A stretch of 64,000 nt of DNA from an uncultured Nitrososphaerota archaeon (GTDB taxonomy: Archaea > Thermoproteota > Nitrososphaeria > Nitrososphaerales > Nitrosopumilaceae). Where the stretch lies: assembly GCA_963701075.1 (NCBI GenBank), contig OY969559.1, forward strand, positions 1,472,001 to 1,536,000. The letters run 5' to 3'. Made by a program: the position numbers and the translations under genes. A model generated the notes under the pieces. It was not told the DNA's origin, did not search any database, and saw nothing but the letters and a program-made list of their open reading frames with translations. Shown here in pieces: positions 61,486 through 64,000 of this stretch. Positions within the stretch are counted from its first letter, which is position 1. Each line of letters opens with the position of its first letter.

Positions 61486-62766
61486 CTATCGGAGGAGCGG
61501 ATAAAATAATTTTGCAACCTCATCGTCAGTGATTTTTCCTTCAGCCCACGAACAAATATCTGATTTATCAATTGATGAGCTTTGGTTTTGTGATTGAGGT
61601 ATAGAGATCATTTTATTTGAATTAAGGAATTGAATTGCGGCCTCAAAGTCACTGTCTTGTATACTTCCACTACACCAAAAGCCTGCCAGGTTTTTTACCC
61701 AAGAAGGTATAAAATTACTTTCTTGACTTACTGTCACAGAAAATGATTTTAGAACAGAGTTACCCTCCTGGTTTATTGCAGAACAGGTAACTGTTGTCGT
61801 ACCAATAGGAAAGAGAGAACCAGACGATGGATAGCAAACAGGATTTACTAATCCTTGAAGCACCGCAGAGTTGAGAAAGTCTACACTAGTTCCAGATGTG
61901 CTTGTAGTTTGAACAGTGATACTGTTAGACACAGGGACACTTGGTGCTCCCGGTGCAGTGTTTTGATAGTGTGTGCCAATTGTCACATATATGCTAGATT
62001 CAGATGGGATTGGTTCTGAATTATCTTCAAATGTAAATTCCAGAGTAGAGCCAATCTCAACTGGAAAACCATCAATTGCTCGCGGTATCTTAAAGGTGGC
62101 CGCAAAAGTGTTAGTGTTTGGACCCGTCTCTCTTAGAGTACCAGTACTTGTCTCAAATGCAGGATCTGCAAGAGTAGTGCTAACCCCAGCCATGTTGACT
62201 TGAACCAAGCTTAGTGGTATATCATCTGGAACTTCGGAATCCAAATTATAATTCGGGGCATAAACCTGAAGTGTAAAATATTGTCCAATGTTTACGCTTT
62301 GTTCTGATGGCTGTCCTACTGGATTTAATGGCACGGTTGATGGAGTGGAGGATGGTGCGGCAGATGGCATGGGTGATTGAATGGTTGATGGGGTGGAGCT
62401 TAGAACTACGGATTGTGTGATTGTTTGCGGATTCCCAGAATAATCTGCAGGTTCATGATATGTCATGAGTACCACGTCACCGTTTTGTAGTGGTTGTCCA
62501 TTGACAGAAGAGGGCAGAGTGAGTTGAAGTACGAATTGACCTGTATCAATGCCAGTTTCTACCATGCTAGATGGACCTGGTATTGGGGTTCCGTTAATAG
62601 TGAAATCAACCAAACCGGCTGTTGAAAGAGTCATAACGCCCTTATGGTCTGTAACCAAATTCTCATCATTGATATAGAAAGTGATAACTGTGCCGGGAGT
62701 AGCGGATTGTGCATAACAAATTGAGATTGGCAGTAAAAGCAAAACTATTGCAAGATATTTCATCAT
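61486..62766 (-). CDS. Secreted surface protein with S-layer-like repeats, HYR domain and IP.W.K..A..W domain
   Basis: Signal peptide; ETG..TG.F twice; SGS.FPIGTTTVTC; IPSWVKNLAGFW. Confidence 0.78.
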   Translation of the reverse strand: MMKYLAIVLLLLPISICYAQSATPGTVITFYINDENLVTDHKGVMTLSTAGLVDFTINGTPIPGPSSMVETGIDTGQFVLQLTLPSSVNGQPLQNGDVVLMTYHEPADYSGNPQTITQSVVLSSTPSTIQSPMPSAAPSSTPSTVPLNPVGQPSEQSVNIGQYFTLQVYAPNYNLDSEVPDDIPLSLVQVNMAGVSTTLADPAFETSTGTLRETGPNTNTFAATFKIPRAIDGFPVEIGSTLEFTFEDNSEPIPSESSIYVTIGTHYQNTAPGAPSVPVSNSITVQTTSTSGTSVDFLNSAVLQGLVNPVCYPSSGSLFPIGTTTVTCSAINQEGNSVLKSFSVTVSQESNFIPSWVKNLAGFWCSGSIQDSDFEAAIQFLNSNKMISIPQSQNQSSSIDKSDICSWAEGKITDDEVAKLFYPLLR

Positions 62767-62798
62767 ACTGTTTACAGCAACACATGTATAATTATATC

Positions 62799-63263
62799 TC
62801 ATGATGACTCGGATTTAGAGGCACTCAGGAATTTGTCTGCGTTGTCAACTATCTTCTTCAAACGGGGGCGCATTAATTCTAGATCGTCCTTTGACAATCC
62901 CTTGTAGAGCATCTTTCTTAATTGAAGAACTATCTCTATGATAGAATCAACAATAGATTCAGATTTTTTCGTAAGATATAGTCGGTTGTTCCTCCTATCT
63001 TTTGGATCGGGCTTTCGTTCAAGCAATCCATTTTTTTCCATCTTGTCTATTACAGGCACGAGAGTACTGCCATCAACATAGATTTTATCAGCAAGCTCTC
63101 TTTGGCTAAGTCCATCAAACAAATTTAGCGCTAAAATAACCTTCCATTGGCTAGATGTCAGTCCTAGTTTACTTTTGATCTCGTACTCTGTTACTCCCTC
63201 CATCGATTTCGATGTAAGAAAGATCAATGTTCCAATGCTATCGTTTAGATCTAATTTGCGCAT
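62799..63263 (-). CDS. MarR-family transcriptional regulator
   Basis: LT..QW.V, SQRELA and GLLER.PD..DRR. Confidence 0.93.
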   Translation of the reverse strand: MRKLDLNDSIGTLIFLTSKSMEGVTEYEIKSKLGLTSSQWKVILALNLFDGLSQRELADKIYVDGSTLVPVIDKMEKNGLLERKPDPKDRRNNRLYLTKKSESIVDSIIEIVLQLRKMLYKGLSKDDLELMRPRLKKIVDNADKFLSASKSESS

Positions 63264-63463
63264 GTTTTATGTTGTATTAGGTGGTATACAAATCATTTGG
63301 ATACCAATAAGTTATATACCATAAAGCGAAATATAAGTCATGATAGAACCAAAAAACCTAAGTCGTCTCATCATTGCAACAGGTACATTAATTGCTTTGT
63401 TAGATGTCAATATGCAATGTATTGCACATGCAGGTTACACGATACAGGCAGATGAAGTAGGCT

Positions 63464-64000
63464 ATGCCACAACTTAGATCTGTCTATAGATCAAGAAATT
63501 TCATTTTCGGTTTGATAGCAATTATCGTACTAGTTCCAAGCATGCCATTATCATATGCTGATCGCATAATTGATGTACAAACAGTGGCAAATGTGAAAGA
63601 ACAATCATTACTCGCAGCTATATCTGACGTACAAAATTATCCACAAATCTTTCCTGATAATGTCAAATATGTCAAGATATTAAATAACCAAACAAATTTG
63701 GTGGATATGAACGCAGGCATAAATGGTATTTTCTTTGACACACAGGCAGTATACCAGCAATCACCAAATGGCACATACACAGTACAAGTGATATCAGGAG
63801 ATCTCAATGGAACCACATTGACAACAGAGTTGAACAAAACATGGGGCTTTAATGGGACACCAGGAATGGGAACTATAGCAAACATTAGTTTGGATTTGAA
63901 GACGTCTGGGTTTCTTTCGTGGATGCTGAGTTTTGTTCCCAATAGTTCGCTTAACTATGCGCTTCAAGACGGAATTAGCAAGTTTGTGGAATATGCAGAG
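63464..64000 (+). CDS. Secreted SRPBCC/START (polyketide cyclase-like) protein, runs off the window end
   Basis: Open frame from ATG 63464 to the edge: signal/TM segment, then SDVQNYPQIFPDNVK and VISGDLNGT. Confidence 0.7.
   Translation, partial: MPQLRSVYRSRNFIFGLIAIIVLVPSMPLSYADRIIDVQTVANVKEQSLLAAISDVQNYPQIFPDNVKYVKILNNQTNLVDMNAGINGIFFDTQAVYQQSPNGTYTVQVISGDLNGTTLTTELNKTWGFNGTPGMGTIANISLDLKTSGFLSWMLSFVPNSSLNYALQDGISKFVEYAE

Overview
AT-rich archaeal DNA from an ammonia-oxidising archaeon (Nitrososphaerota/Thaumarchaeota). The gene content (PEFG-CTERM proteins, an extra TFB, DUF3311 plus a Na+/solute symporter, futalosine genes) points to a Nitrosotalea/Nitrosopumilales-type genome; this is my inference. 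About 1-32 kb and 44.6-64 kb are mostly core genes: heme O synthase, H+-PPase, rpo7-spt4, nadC/nadA/nadX, proline catabolism, nurA-herA-mre11-rad50, tatC/tatA, purP, an ABC transporter, an SNF2 helicase, aEF-2, mqnD/mqnE, TBP and msrA. About 33-44.6 kb is an accessory island that ends exactly at the 3' end of the aEF-2 gene. The main observation is there: a tandem array of at least three (possibly four) decayed, casposon-derived cassettes. Read on the minus strand, each has a degenerate copy of the aEF-2 3' end plus a C-run terminal repeat, a shared promoter-like motif, a different small membrane-protein cargo gene and a truncated 5' end of a cas1/casposase gene. Adjacent cassettes are joined by GGGG-N34-CCCC junctions. 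Other leads are two structured GC-rich ncRNA candidates, a half-size DOHH-like HEAT protein, several micro-ORFs missing from the ORF track (Zn fingers, a 20-aa Lys-rich peptide) and four frameshifts that are probably sequencing errors. All protein family calls come from motif recognition by eye; no database search was run.
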